Notes: generated from the letters alone by a model not told the origin. A stretch of 64,000 nt of DNA from an uncultured Candidatus Saccharibacteria bacterium (GCA_964623415.1 CAZUUH010000001.1:1305-65304); one strand, 5' to 3'. Shown: positions 27,106-38,199, counted from the first letter of the stretch. Numbers and translations are program-made.

Positions 27106-27888
27106 ATGACAGAAGAGGGAACAAAAACATCTCTTTATAATGTCAAAGCTGGTAACTTTGAAGGACCACTTGATTTACTCCTTTCTCTTATAGAACAAAG
27201 AAAGTTTTTTATTAATGAAATATCTTTAGCAGAAGTAACAAATGATTATATTTCTTATATAAAATCACTTTCTGATACAGAAAACGAGAAACATATAGCA
27301 GATGTTTCTTATTTTTTATTAATTTCTGCAACTTTAATATTAATCAAAAGTAAATCTTTATTACCAGCACTAACTTTAACAGAAGATGAAACTGAAAAAA
27401 TAAATGATCTAGAAAAACGTTTAAAAATATACCAAATAATAAAAGAATCTAGTATACCTGTAAAAAATAATTTTGGAACAAAAATAATATTTATGCCCAA
27501 TGAAAGGATTTGGGATGATCCATTATTTTCTCCAGATAAATCAATAACAATTGAAAATATAAGTAATCTTATTTTTGATGTTATATCAAGAGTACCCAAA
27601 AAATCAGAAAACTTACCAGAAGTAGAAATTAAAAAAGTTATAAACATAGAAGATGTAATGAATAACTTAACAGATAGAATACAAAATGCGATGAACCTCT
27701 CCTTCAGAAGCTTTGCGAGAGATAGCGGAGCTAAAACAGAAGAGGAAGCCAAAGTTCATGTTATTATTTCCTTTTTGGCTATGTTAGAATTAGTAAGAGA
27801 GGGTATTTTAGATGTAATTCAAAATTCTTCTTTTGGCGATATAGAAATAAACAAACAACAATCAGATATGGTTAATATTACAAATTAA
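27106..27888 (+). CDS. scpA: Segregation and condensation protein A
   Basis: FEGPLDLLLSLI, KSKSLLP, FLAMLELV. Confidence 0.93.
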   Translation: MTEEGTKTSLYNVKAGNFEGPLDLLLSLIEQRKFFINEISLAEVTNDYISYIKSLSDTENEKHIADVSYFLLISATLILIKSKSLLPALTLTEDETEKINDLEKRLKIYQIIKESSIPVKNNFGTKIIFMPNERIWDDPLFSPDKSITIENISNLIFDVISRVPKKSENLPEVEIKKVINIEDVMNNLTDRIQNAMNLSFRSFARDSGAKTEEEAKVHVIISFLAMLELVREGILDVIQNSSFGDIEINKQQSDMVNITN

Positions 27889-27897
27889 TTTTAATAT

Positions 27898-28440
27898 ATG
27901 GAACTAGAATCAAAAATTGAAGGTTTACTTTTTTATAAAGGAGAAGATGTCGAAATTAAAAAGTTGGCAGAGTTATTAGAAGTAACAGAAGAAGAGATAG
28001 AAGAAGGTTTAAATAAGTTAGAATCTTCTTTATCTAAAAGAGGTCTAGTTATTGTAAGGAAAGACAAATCTGTTGTATTAGGTATTTCATCTGAACTAAG
28101 TCCGATTATTGAATCCATAAGAAAAGAAGAAATAACCAAAGATTTATCCAAAGCATCGCTTGAAACACTTTCTATTATTTTATATAAAAATGGAGTATCA
28201 CGAAGTGAAATTGATTATATTCGTGGTGTAAATTCTAGTTTCATTTTAAGAAATCTTTTAATAAGGGGTCTAGTTGAAAAGATAGTCGACCCTAAAGATA
28301 ACAGAAAATTACTATACAGACCGACCTTTGAATTATTGTCATACATGGGGGTAACAAGCATAGAACAAATACCTAATTATTTAAATGTTAAAGATCAATT
28401 AGAGGAAATTATTAATAAAATAGAAACAACAAATGAGTAA
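27898..28440 (+). CDS. scpB: Segregation and condensation protein B
   Basis: LSKASLETLSIILY, SRSEIDYIRGVNS. Confidence 0.93.
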   Translation: MELESKIEGLLFYKGEDVEIKKLAELLEVTEEEIEEGLNKLESSLSKRGLVIVRKDKSVVLGISSELSPIIESIRKEEITKDLSKASLETLSIILYKNGVSRSEIDYIRGVNSSFILRNLLIRGLVEKIVDPKDNRKLLYRPTFELLSYMGVTSIEQIPNYLNVKDQLEEIINKIETTNE

Positions 28441-29491
28441 CGCACTAAAAATTTTTATACCAGCTGTTATAAGTTTTATTATAGGAATAATATTAACTCC
28501 AATCGCAACACATTATTTTTATAAATATAAAATGTGGCGTAAATCATCTAGGATTGATAATATACTTCCATCTAATGCTAACAATTTTTCAAAAATACAC
28601 GAATCAGATAAAGAAACTTCAACGCCTAGAGTTGGAGGAATAATAATTTGGGCTTCAGTAATTCTGACACTAGGTATAGTTTGGGTAATAGATATTATTC
28701 TAGAAAATAATCTTTCAGAAAAATTATATTTTATAACCAGAAATCAAACATTATTACCATTTTTCACCTTAATTGTTGCTTCTATTATAGGTTTATCTGA
28801 TGATTTTATACAAATATTTGGTAAAGGAAAATGGACAAAAGATCCTATAATTTTAAGATACTTAAAAGTTGGGATTATTATAATTCTTGGTTTAATTATC
28901 GGTTTATGGTTCTATTTTAAACTAGGGGTTAGTGAATTATATATACCATGGTATGGTTTTATAAGCTTAGGGTATCTATTTATACCATTTTTTATACTTA
29001 TAATGCTATCATTGTGGTCTTCTAGCGTTATAGACGGTATAGATGGTTTATCTGGTGGAATAATGGCTTCAATTTTCATGGCATATACCCTTATATCTTA
29101 CTTTAATAATCAAGCAGTGATAGCAACATTCTGTGCAGTTATTACAGGAGGAATATTATCTTTCTTGTGGTTCAATATACCTCCTGCAAGATTTTATATG
29201 GGGGAAACAGGTATGATAGGTTTAACTGTGACACTTTCCGTAATTGCTTTCATGACAAATACTGTTGTATTATTACCAATAATTGCATTTCCTCTTTTTG
29301 TAACATCTTTATCTGTTGTAATTCAAATGACTTCAAAAAAATTAAGACGTGGCAAAAAAGTATTTTTACTTGCACCACTTCATCATCACTTTGAGGCACT
29401 GGGTTGGTCAAAGTATAAAGTAACAATGCGTTATTGGATTGTTGGAGTTATAACATCAATAATAGGAGTAATAATATCAATGATAGACTAA
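28433..29491 (+). CDS. mraY: Phospho-N-acetylmuramoyl-pentapeptide transferase
   Basis: TPRVGG, GLSDD, DGIDGL, FNIPPARFYMGETG, APLHHHFE. Confidence 0.92.
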   Translation: MSNALKIFIPAVISFIIGIILTPIATHYFYKYKMWRKSSRIDNILPSNANNFSKIHESDKETSTPRVGGIIIWASVILTLGIVWVIDIILENNLSEKLYFITRNQTLLPFFTLIVASIIGLSDDFIQIFGKGKWTKDPIILRYLKVGIIIILGLIIGLWFYFKLGVSELYIPWYGFISLGYLFIPFFILIMLSLWSSSVIDGIDGLSGGIMASIFMAYTLISYFNNQAVIATFCAVITGGILSFLWFNIPPARFYMGETGMIGLTVTLSVIAFMTNTVVLLPIIAFPLFVTSLSVVIQMTSKKLRRGKKVFLLAPLHHHFEALGWSKYKVTMRYWIVGVITSIIGVIISMID

Positions 29492-30606
29492 TGAAATTTA
29501 AAAAAATAGACACAATTTTTTTATGGATAGTTGCAACCTTGATTTTTATGGGTCTGATTTTCTTTACATCTGCTTCACTTGGAATACTTACTAAAAATGA
29601 AACTAAATTTTATGGTGTGATGTTTAGTCAGTATGTTCTTGGTTTTGGAGGGGGACTTATAGCTCTTTTCTTGGGTCTAAAGATTCCACATAAATTCTGG
29701 AGAAAATATTCTATTCCACTATTCATAATATCAATAATATTAACATTATTAGTATTTATTCCTGGTTTGGGTCAATCTCATGGTGGAGCGAGAAGATGGG
29801 TTGAAATATTTGGTTATAATTTCCAACCTGTTGAATTTTTAAAAATTGGTTTTATTTTTTATTTTGCAACTTGGTTATCTTGGGTAAAAGGTAGAGTTAA
29901 AAATCCATTATTTAGTATTGTTCCACTTATTGTTTCCTTAAGTGTTATTGCCCTAATGTTATTAAAACAACCTGATACAAAAAGTATTATATTAATAACT
30001 ATTACTGCAGTTGTAATGCTTTTTGTCTCTGGAACACCAGTAAAATACCTTTTAGCTGTTTTTGGTATTGTTTTAGTTGCATTTTCCATACTTGTGTATT
30101 CCACACCATATCTTCAAAATAGAGTTAATACTTTCTTAAATCCCAACGAAAACAGCCAAAGTTCTTCTTACCAACTACAACAATCACTAATAGCAATTGG
30201 TTCTGGTGGTTTATTAGGAAGAGGACTAGGACAAAGTATTCAAAAATTTAATTATCTACCAGAACCACAAGGTGATTCTATATTTGCTGTAATTGGTGAA
30301 GAAATAGGATTTATCGGTTGTACTATTATTATTTTATTATTTTTATCTTTTGCTTTTCGTGGATATAGAATCGCAATACGTAACGCACCAGATCCTTTTT
30401 CGAAATTAGTTGTAATTGGTTTTATAACAATGATAACCTCTCAATCATTTATGAATATAGCTTCCATAACAGGATTATTCCCCTTGACTGGAGTACCTCT
30501 TGTATTCATATCTCAAGGAGGAACAGCTCTATTATTATCAATGGGAATGGTTGGAATTATTTTAAATATTTCTAGTTTCCAAGGGAAAAATCTACTAGAA
30601 AAGTAA
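29491..30606 (+). CDS. ftsW: SEDS peptidoglycan polymerase FtsW
   Basis: GARRW, FQPVEFLK, QPD, YLPEPQGDSIFAVIGEE, PLTGVPL; lies between mraY and murG. Confidence 0.92.
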   Translation: MKFKKIDTIFLWIVATLIFMGLIFFTSASLGILTKNETKFYGVMFSQYVLGFGGGLIALFLGLKIPHKFWRKYSIPLFIISIILTLLVFIPGLGQSHGGARRWVEIFGYNFQPVEFLKIGFIFYFATWLSWVKGRVKNPLFSIVPLIVSLSVIALMLLKQPDTKSIILITITAVVMLFVSGTPVKYLLAVFGIVLVAFSILVYSTPYLQNRVNTFLNPNENSQSSSYQLQQSLIAIGSGGLLGRGLGQSIQKFNYLPEPQGDSIFAVIGEEIGFIGCTIIILLFLSFAFRGYRIAIRNAPDPFSKLVVIGFITMITSQSFMNIASITGLFPLTGVPLVFISQGGTALLLSMGMVGIILNISSFQGKNLLEK

Positions 30607-30631
30607 TTTAAAATAGATTATAATATAATAT

Positions 30632-31756
30632 ATGAAAATATTACTTACAGGTGGTGGAACTGGTGGACATTTTTATCCACTTATAGCTATAGCCGAAAAA
30701 CTTAATGAAATAAAAAATAGTGAAAAAATAATTGATTTTAAATTATATTATATGTCAGATAAACCTTATGACAAGAAGGCTTTATTTGATAATAAAATAA
30801 CTTTTATTCAAATACCTTCAGGAAAAATGAGAAGATATTTTTCTTTTAAAAACTTTCTAGATATATTTTCATTAATAACAGGAGGATTTTTTGGTTTAAT
30901 TACAATGTTCTTTGTGTTTCCGGATGTGGTTATATCAAAAGGAGGATACGCCTCTTTCCCAGCAGTATTTGCATCTAGAATACTAGGTATACCAATAATT
31001 ATCCATGAATCTGATTCATCACCAGGTAAAATGAACCTTTGGGCTTCTAAATTCGCTTCTCGTGTAGCTATTTCTTGGGCTGAAGCAATAAAATATTTAC
31101 CAAAAGAGAAAACAGTTCTAACCGGGCAACCAATACGTAAAGAAATAATTTCTGGTGATCCAAATGGTGCCTTAGAATTTTTTAAACTAAAAGATGGTTT
31201 AAAAACAATTTTAATTTTAGGCGGTTCACAAGGAGCAGAAATTATAAATAATATAATATTAGATTCAGCTCCAGAACTTTTAACTAAATATCAAATAATT
31301 CATCAAACTGGCCAAGATAAAATAAACGACGTAAAATCAAGATTTGATTTAATAATTGAAAATAATCCAAATAAATCGAGATATGTTCCAATACCATTTC
31401 TAAATGTTTTATCTACTAGGATGGCTGCTGGGTGTGCAGATATTGTAATATCACGAGCTGGTTCAGCAATTTTTGAAATTGCGTCTTGGGGTATACCTTC
31501 CATAATAATACCAATAACTAATTCAAACGGTGATCATCAAAGGAAAAATGCTTTCAATTATGCAAGAAGTGGAGGGTGTGAAGTCATAGAAGAAAACAAT
31601 TTATCAAAAAGTTTATTAATTTCTAGAATAGAATTAATCCTTTCTTCAGAAGAAAAAACAAAAAGTATGAAAGAGAAAGCACTCTCTTTTGCGAAGCATG
31701 ATGCTGCTTTTAAAATTGCAAAAGAAGCAATAGATATTGCACTGACTCATTATTAA
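30632..31756 (+). CDS. murG: Lipid II GlcNAc transferase MurG
   Basis: TGGGTGGHFYP, KGGYAS, GGSQGA, ISRAG, HQRKNA. Confidence 0.96.
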   Translation: MKILLTGGGTGGHFYPLIAIAEKLNEIKNSEKIIDFKLYYMSDKPYDKKALFDNKITFIQIPSGKMRRYFSFKNFLDIFSLITGGFFGLITMFFVFPDVVISKGGYASFPAVFASRILGIPIIIHESDSSPGKMNLWASKFASRVAISWAEAIKYLPKEKTVLTGQPIRKEIISGDPNGALEFFKLKDGLKTILILGGSQGAEIINNIILDSAPELLTKYQIIHQTGQDKINDVKSRFDLIIENNPNKSRYVPIPFLNVLSTRMAAGCADIVISRAGSAIFEIASWGIPSIIIPITNSNGDHQRKNAFNYARSGGCEVIEENNLSKSLLISRIELILSSEEKTKSMKEKALSFAKHDAAFKIAKEAIDIALTHY

Positions 31757-31758
31757 AA

Positions 31759-33045
31759 ATGAAAAAATTTTTATTTTTAACAATTACAATGTTTTGTGGG
31801 TTACTCTTATCTTTTCCTGATATGGTTTTTTCTGATACAGCAAATAATCTTAAAAACCAAATTGAAAAAACCAATAATCAGATAGAAACAATTAATAGTG
31901 AAATAAAAGTTTTATCAAACCAAATAGCTGAAACAGCAGAAGAAAAAGAAAGTTTAGCTAAAATAATTAAAGAACTAAATCTAACAAGATCAAAATTACT
32001 AAAAGAAAGGGAACAGATACAAAAAAAGATTACTAATGCTGGTTTAATAATAAATGACTTATCAACTAATATAAAAAACAAAGAAAGTTCTATTTATCTA
32101 GCCAAACAATCTCTATCTTTAATGATAAATAATCTAAATCAAAATGAAAAAACTCCTTTTATGGAGAGATTGTTGTCTAATAAAAGTTTTACTGATTTTA
32201 GTAACGAATATAATAATATTATTAGTTTAAATGATAAAATTAGAGACAATATAAATATTTTATCAAATAAAAAGATAGAACTAGAAGAATCTAAAAATGC
32301 AAAAGAAGAGGAAAAGAAAAACTTAGATTCTCTTAAAAATAATCTTATTCAAAAAGAACAAGCAGTTGTGGTCACAAAGAAAGAGAAAGACTCACTTCTG
32401 TCGGAAACAAAAAATAAAGAAATTGTTTATCAGCAAATGTTATCAGAAAAAATAAAACTAAGAGATTCTTTTGAGAAAGAATTACTTGCATATGAATCTC
32501 AATTAAAATATATTCTTGATAAAAAATCATTACCAAAAGAAGGTTCAGCTGTTTTGTCTTGGCCACTTGATTATGTACTTATAACATCACTTTTTGGAGA
32601 AAGATGGGGTAGAATGCACTCTGGTTTAGATTTCAGAGCCTCAATTGGTACTCCTGTTAAAAGTGTAATGGATGGTGAAGTAATTGGTACTGGTGATACA
32701 GATGTAGCTTGTAAAGGAGCTTCTTTTGGAAAATGGGTTTTAGTAAAACATAACAATGGGCTATCTAGTGTTTACGGACACTTATCTGTAATAAGTGTTA
32801 AAAAAGGTGAAAAAATAAAAACAGGTAAAGTAATTGGATTATCTGGCAATACCGGATCATCTACAGCTCCTCACTTACACCTAGGAGTATATGCTTCAGA
32901 TGGAGTAAAAATAGATAATGTTCCAAGTGCAGTATGCTATGGAAAAATATTCGTACAACCTATGGCTCCAACAAATGCATATTTAAATCCACTACTTTAT
33001 TTACCAAAAACAACCAACAATATGTACAAAGCTGGAGTATTATAA
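31759..33045 (+). CDS. Secreted coiled-coil M23 family metallopeptidase
   Basis: Signal peptide, long coiled coil, HSGLD, YGHL, GNTGSSTAPHLH. Confidence 0.88.
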   Translation: MKKFLFLTITMFCGLLLSFPDMVFSDTANNLKNQIEKTNNQIETINSEIKVLSNQIAETAEEKESLAKIIKELNLTRSKLLKEREQIQKKITNAGLIINDLSTNIKNKESSIYLAKQSLSLMINNLNQNEKTPFMERLLSNKSFTDFSNEYNNIISLNDKIRDNINILSNKKIELEESKNAKEEEKKNLDSLKNNLIQKEQAVVVTKKEKDSLLSETKNKEIVYQQMLSEKIKLRDSFEKELLAYESQLKYILDKKSLPKEGSAVLSWPLDYVLITSLFGERWGRMHSGLDFRASIGTPVKSVMDGEVIGTGDTDVACKGASFGKWVLVKHNNGLSSVYGHLSVISVKKGEKIKTGKVIGLSGNTGSSTAPHLHLGVYASDGVKIDNVPSAVCYGKIFVQPMAPTNAYLNPLLYLPKTTNNMYKAGVL

Positions 33046-33057
33046 TATAATATTTTC

Positions 33058-33354
33058 ATGAGCGAAGAAAATAAATCTGGTGTTAGAGTTAGATGGGGGT
33101 GGATAATAATCTTAGCTGGTATTATTTTTTTATTATTTAAAGTCGACATAAAAGAAAAGGTAGAATCTGAACAATTCAAAGAAAACATATCTTATATAAA
33201 AAATAAAATAAATTATTTTTGGGATAAATACGTAGTAGATTTTACTAAATCAAAAATAGGAGAAGTTATAACTAATGTAGCAACCGATAGTCTAAAAACA
33301 GTTCAAGAGAATGTAACAAAAAACATAAAAGAAAATTTTGAAGATAAAGAATAA
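33058..33354 (+). CDS. Hypothetical membrane-anchored protein
   Basis: 98-aa ORF with an N-terminal TM segment, followed by a terminator. Confidence 0.6.
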   Translation: MSEENKSGVRVRWGWIIILAGIIFLLFKVDIKEKVESEQFKENISYIKNKINYFWDKYVVDFTKSKIGEVITNVATDSLKTVQENVTKNIKENFEDKE

Positions 33355-33382
33355 AAAAAGAAGCCCGAAAGCTTCTTTTTTT
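33354..33382. terminator. Bidirectional terminator
   Basis: AAAAAAGAAGC-ccgaaa-GCTTCTTTTTT between the ORF and the convergent tRNA. Confidence 0.6.
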
Positions 33383-33383
33383 G

Positions 33384-33465
33384 TGCCCGAGGTGGGGGTC
33401 GAACCCACATCCCTTACGAGACACGATTTTAAGTCGTGCGCGTATACCAATTCCGCCACTCGGGC
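33384..33465 (-). tRNA. tRNA-Leu (anticodon TAA), CCA not encoded
   Basis: GCCCGAG acceptor stem, TGGCGGAATTGGTATACGC D arm, CACGA-CTTAAAA-TCGTG anticodon arm, long variable arm, GTTCGAC T loop. Confidence 0.95.
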
Positions 33466-33529
33466 AAATAACCTTATATAATAATTACACAATTTTAAAA
33501 AAAATACAAATTCTGTTATACTAAAGATT

Positions 33530-34954
33530 ATGCAAGAATATTATACAACGATTGGTTTAGAAATACACGCAGAATTAAAAACAAAATCAAAAATGTTTTG
33601 CGGTTGTAAAAATGATCCAAATGAGAAAAACCCAAACTCAAACATCTGCCCTGTATGTATGGCTTACCCAGGCACGCTTCCTGTTATAAACAAAGAAGCG
33701 GTTTTAGACGTTATCAAAGTTGGACTTGCTCTTGGTGCTGATATAGCAAATTTTACTGAATTTGATCGTAAAAATTATTTTTACCCAGACATACCAAAAG
33801 CTTACCAAATTTCCCAATATAAACACCCCATAGTTTCAGGGGGAGAATTAAATGGTATTAAAATAACTCGCGTTCATCTGGAAGAGGATACCGCAACATC
33901 AAAACATCCAGAAAAAAATGAAAAAGACTACAGTTTAGTAGATTTTAATCGTGCAGGAGTTCCACTTATGGAGCTTGTAACTGAACCAGTCATACATTCA
34001 GCAAAAGAAGCTTTAGATTTCGGAAAAGAACTTCAATTACTTTTGAAATATCTTGGTGTTTCAGATGCAAACATGGAAAAAGGTGAAATGCGTGTTGAAT
34101 TAAACATATCTATTTCTTCTGATCCCAATAAGTTTGGCACAAAAGTAGAAGTTAAAAATATTAATTCTTTCCGCGCTGTTGAAAAAGCAGCAGAATTTGA
34201 AACAAAAAGAATGATAGAGTTACTAGATAAGGGTGAAGGAGATAAAATAGTTCAAGAAACTCGTGGATGGGATGAAAATAAAGGAATTACATTTTCTCAA
34301 CGTTCTAAAGAAAATGCAAATGATTATAGATATTTCCCAGATCCAGATTTGCCTAAATTATATTTAAAAGAAATTTTTGATTTAGAAAAATTAAAAAATG
34401 AACTTCCTGAATTACCTAAAAAAAGAAGATCCAGGTATAAAGAAGATTATGGAATTAAAGATGAAGATATTGAAAGCTATATCGTAGATAAAGAGCTGGG
34501 TGATTGGTTTGAAAATGTAGCTAATTTGTTAAAAGATAAAAATAAAATACAAATAGCTTCGAATTATATAACTTCTGATTATTTAGGCTTAAAGAAAAGT
34601 AATTTAGAAGTTAAACTTCCAAAAATAGAGAACTTTGTAGAATTAATCAATATGATAAACGAGAATCTCATATCTTCTCGTGCAGCTAAGGATATTTTAG
34701 CAATGATTGTTATTGAAGATAATTCGCCAATAGAAATAGCTAAAATAAAAGATTTATTACAAAAAAATGATGAGAATGAATTAAGGGAGATAGTCCAAAA
34801 AACTATTAATAAAAATACAATAATAATAGAAACATACAAAAGTGGTAAAGAAAATGCTCTTATGTCTCTAGTAGGCCAAGTTATGAAAGAAACAAATGGT
34901 GGAGCAAATCCACAATTAGTTCAAAAGTTACTCAAAGAATTAATTATAAAATAA
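33530..34954 (+). CDS. gatB: Asp/Glu-tRNA amidotransferase subunit B
   Basis: IGLEIHAEL, FDRKNYFYPD, HLEED, DFNRAGVPLMELVTEP, DYRYFPDPDL. Confidence 0.97.
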   Translation: MQEYYTTIGLEIHAELKTKSKMFCGCKNDPNEKNPNSNICPVCMAYPGTLPVINKEAVLDVIKVGLALGADIANFTEFDRKNYFYPDIPKAYQISQYKHPIVSGGELNGIKITRVHLEEDTATSKHPEKNEKDYSLVDFNRAGVPLMELVTEPVIHSAKEALDFGKELQLLLKYLGVSDANMEKGEMRVELNISISSDPNKFGTKVEVKNINSFRAVEKAAEFETKRMIELLDKGEGDKIVQETRGWDENKGITFSQRSKENANDYRYFPDPDLPKLYLKEIFDLEKLKNELPELPKKRRSRYKEDYGIKDEDIESYIVDKELGDWFENVANLLKDKNKIQIASNYITSDYLGLKKSNLEVKLPKIENFVELINMINENLISSRAAKDILAMIVIEDNSPIEIAKIKDLLQKNDENELREIVQKTINKNTIIIETYKSGKENALMSLVGQVMKETNGGANPQLVQKLLKELIIK

Positions 34955-34973
34955 GTGCTATAATATAAATATT

Positions 34974-36026
34974 ATGGAGAATAAAAAAATTCGTATAGCT
35001 ATAAATGGTTTTGGTAGAATTGGTAGAGCTTTTTTAAAAGCATCTTGGGGTAATAAAGAAATTGAAATTGTAGCAGTAAATGACCTCGGTACAATTGAAA
35101 GCTTAACTTATCTGTTACAATACGACACTGTATATGGTAAATGGAATCACAAAATAGGTATTAAAGTTAATGAAGAAAATGAAACAGACAGATATATTAC
35201 AATAGATGGTTTAAAAATTAAATATCTATCAGAAAAAGATACAACAAAGCTTCCTTGGAAAGATTTAAACATTGATGTTGTTATTGAATCTACTGGCATT
35301 TTTACATCTTATGACAAAGCTAAATTTCATTTAGATTGTGGCGCTAAAAAAGTTGTAATCTCTGCTCCATCAAAGAGTAAAGAATCTGAAACACACGGAG
35401 AAACTATTTTACTTGGAGTTAATGAAGAAAAATTTGGAACTTGTGATATCACATCAAATGCTTCATGTACAACAAATGCTGCTTCTCCAATTATTTCTAT
35501 AGTACACGAAAGTCTTGGTGTAGAAAAAGCCATTCTAAATACAGTTCACGGATACACAGCAACCCAATCAATCGTTGATAGCCCAAGTAAAAAGGACTTA
35601 AGAGAGGGAAGAGCTGCCGCTCAAAACATAATTCCATCTTCTACAGGTGCTGCTATTGCTGTCACAGAAGCATTCCCAATACTTAAGGGATTATTTGATG
35701 GCATCTCAATTCGTGTGCCTGTTATATGTGGTTCTATTGTAGATATAACTTTTATCTCTAAAAAGGATACTAATCTAGAAGAGGTCAATAATATATTAAA
35801 AAATGCATCAAAAGATACCCGTTGGGAAAAAATATTTACAGTAACAGAAGACCCAATAGTTTCATCAGATATTCTAGGAGAAAGTCATGCTTGTATTGCC
35901 GATTTAGCAATGACTCGTGTTGTTGGCGGTAATCTTATAAAGATACTTGGTTGGTATGATAATGAAATGGGATACACTTACACTCTCATAGACCACGCAA
36001 TAAAAACAGGTAAAACCATAAAATAA
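34974..36026 (+). CDS. gap: Glyceraldehyde-3-phosphate dehydrogenase type I
   Basis: INGFGRIGR, SNASCTTN, WYDNEMGY. Confidence 0.97.
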   Translation: MENKKIRIAINGFGRIGRAFLKASWGNKEIEIVAVNDLGTIESLTYLLQYDTVYGKWNHKIGIKVNEENETDRYITIDGLKIKYLSEKDTTKLPWKDLNIDVVIESTGIFTSYDKAKFHLDCGAKKVVISAPSKSKESETHGETILLGVNEEKFGTCDITSNASCTTNAASPIISIVHESLGVEKAILNTVHGYTATQSIVDSPSKKDLREGRAAAQNIIPSSTGAAIAVTEAFPILKGLFDGISIRVPVICGSIVDITFISKKDTNLEEVNNILKNASKDTRWEKIFTVTEDPIVSSDILGESHACIADLAMTRVVGGNLIKILGWYDNEMGYTYTLIDHAIKTGKTIK

Positions 36027-36046
36027 ATTTATGATATAATATAAAT

Positions 36047-36505
36047 ATGAAAATATTTATTGGAGCAGATCATGCTGGCTATGAACTTAAAGAAAATCTT
36101 AAGAAATATATTACAGAATATTTTAATTTTGAAATAATAGACAAAGGAGCTTTTTCTTATAATAAAGATGATGATTACACAGATTTTATTATTCCTGTAG
36201 CCATAGAAGTTTCTCAAAACGAAAATTCATTAGGAATTATTATTGGAGGAAGTGGTCAAGGTGAACAAATAGGAGCAAATAAGATAGATAAAATACGTGC
36301 CATCGAATATTATGGTGGAAATTTAGATATAGTGAAACTAGGCAAAGAGCACAATAATGCAAATATACTTTCTATAGGAGCTAGGTTTATTGATACAGAT
36401 GAGGCAAAAGAAGCAACTAAATTATTCATTGAAACACCTTTTTCGAAAGAAGAAAGACACGAGAGAAGAATTGACCAAATTAAAAATATTGAATTAAATA
36501 ATTAA
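36047..36505 (+). CDS. rpiB: Ribose-5-phosphate isomerase B
   Basis: IGADHAG, GGSGQGEQIGANK, HNNANIL, RHERRI. Confidence 0.92.
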   Translation: MKIFIGADHAGYELKENLKKYITEYFNFEIIDKGAFSYNKDDDYTDFIIPVAIEVSQNENSLGIIIGGSGQGEQIGANKIDKIRAIEYYGGNLDIVKLGKEHNNANILSIGARFIDTDEAKEATKLFIETPFSKEERHERRIDQIKNIELNN

Positions 36506-36509
36506 TAAA

Positions 36510-37196
36510 ATGACTGAAATTATTCCAGCAGTTTTAGCAAAAGATTACATTGATTTAAATCAAAAAGTTGCTAAATATATAAATATTGCCAAAATTGTAC
36601 AGATAGATATTTGTGATGGATTATTTGTTGAAAGCACATCTTGGCCAATGGGTAAGTCTGACCTCGATAGCGTAAATGAGATTTTAGAAGAAGAGGAGGG
36701 TTTACCTTTTTGGAAAGAAATAGACTATGAATTAGATCTTATGGTTTTAAATGCTCACAAAAAATTTGATTTTTTTATGCGTTTAGGAGCTAAAAGAATA
36801 ATATTCCATCTTGAAGCTGAAGAAGAAAAGAGTTTTAAAGAATTTTTAGAATCAATGGACCCTTACTATAAGGATAATATAGAAATAGGACTAGCTATAA
36901 ACACAACAACACCTATAGAAAAAATTTCTCAATTTATTAATTACATTGATTTTGTACAATGTATGGGTATATCAAAAATAGGTTTCCAGGGACAAAATTT
37001 TGATGAAAAATCATTAACACAAATAAAATTATTACGTGAAAAATATCCAGAACTTAAAATAACAGTAGATGGGGGAGTAAACGAAAACACAGCAAAAAAG
37101 TTACTCTCTAATGGAGCAGATAGCCTTATTGTAGGTTCTGTTTTATTAAATAGTATAGATATAAAAGAAACCTTTGAAGTATTTAGTAGATTATAA
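36510..37196 (+). CDS. rpe: Ribulose-phosphate 3-epimerase
   Basis: IIPAVL, QIDICDGLFV, GFQGQNF, VDGGVN, LIVGS. Confidence 0.88.
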   Translation: MTEIIPAVLAKDYIDLNQKVAKYINIAKIVQIDICDGLFVESTSWPMGKSDLDSVNEILEEEEGLPFWKEIDYELDLMVLNAHKKFDFFMRLGAKRIIFHLEAEEEKSFKEFLESMDPYYKDNIEIGLAINTTTPIEKISQFINYIDFVQCMGISKIGFQGQNFDEKSLTQIKLLREKYPELKITVDGGVNENTAKKLLSNGADSLIVGSVLLNSIDIKETFEVFSRL

Positions 37197-38141
37197 ATTC
37201 AAAGTAATTTCTACTAAAACAAACAATAACCAAAACAAAAAGAGGAAAACAGCCTCTCTTCTTGTTATTATTTTACCAGACTTCATAAAATAAAATAAAG
37301 CAAAAGAAGCAAAAACCATAAATAGACCAGTAGAATAGATTATTTTTACTGGAAAATAAAATGGTTTTATGAGAGCTAAAATCCCCACAACAATTGTTGC
37401 ATCAGCTAAAACTGTTCCCAAAATGTCACCAACAGCAAGAGAATCATTGTTCTTTTTTACAGCAGAAATACCAAAAAATAATTCTGGCATTGTTGTGCCA
37501 AGCCCGACAACCAACATTCCAATAATGATAGAACTGACCCCTAAGTATGTAGCAATAAAAAGTGTCGAATTAACAATAAAATGAGAACCCACAAGAAGCA
37601 TTGCCATACTAAGAACTAAACAGAGAATATTTTTATTTTTATCTTTTCTTGTAGTTTCAATAAAATTATTTACATTGTAATTCTCTCTTAATTCTCTATC
37701 TTTTTTAAAAGAAATGTAGTAAAAAATTAAACCTACGAAAACCAAAGCCAAGCCTTCAATACGAGAGTAAAAACCATTTAAACCTAAAATAAGTGGCAAA
37801 ATTAAAAATAATGGATAAATATTATTTTCTTTTAAAATTTTACTTTCTATCTTAAGACCACGACCAGAAATAAAAATAATTGCAGCAAATACAAGAGTTA
37901 AATCTGCAACGTTTGAACCAAAGAGAGTTCCTAATCCCAGAGAAGATACACCTTTAATGGAAGCGTTTATTGAAACTAATGTTTCTGGAATTATTGAAAC
38001 GATAGCAACAATAATAAAACCGACTATATATTTTGAAATCTTAAAACTATCTGATAATTTAAAAGCATATTTTGTAGAAAGTGTAGCACCCTTAATAATC
38101 AAAAATGCTGAAACTCCGAAGATAATTAAATTTAATAACAT
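37191..38141 (-). CDS. Sodium/calcium exchanger family (YrbG-like) antiporter
   Basis: Two alpha repeats: SIIPE...GTLFGSN and GTTMPE...GDILGT; about 10 TM segments. Confidence 0.85.
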   Translation of the reverse strand: MLLNLIIFGVSAFLIIKGATLSTKYAFKLSDSFKISKYIVGFIIVAIVSIIPETLVSINASIKGVSSLGLGTLFGSNVADLTLVFAAIIFISGRGLKIESKILKENNIYPLFLILPLILGLNGFYSRIEGLALVFVGLIFYYISFKKDRELRENYNVNNFIETTRKDKNKNILCLVLSMAMLLVGSHFIVNSTLFIATYLGVSSIIIGMLVVGLGTTMPELFFGISAVKKNNDSLAVGDILGTVLADATIVVGILALIKPFYFPVKIIYSTGLFMVFASFALFYFMKSGKIITRREAVFLFLFWLLFVLVEITLNL

Positions 38142-38199
38142 GTATATAATATAGCATAATAGATTAGTAATTTAAAATTATTTTTGTTAAAATAGTATT

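Noticed and set aside
19500-30000. Impression of a strand-composition shift (plus-strand genes look more A/C-rich to the right), hinting at a replication terminus
   Set aside because: I cannot quantify it by eye. It needs a cumulative GC-skew or third-position skew calculation, and I found no convincing dif site.
33292-33492. 66-aa minus-strand ORF
   Set aside because: It is a translation of tRNA-Leu and the adjacent terminator.
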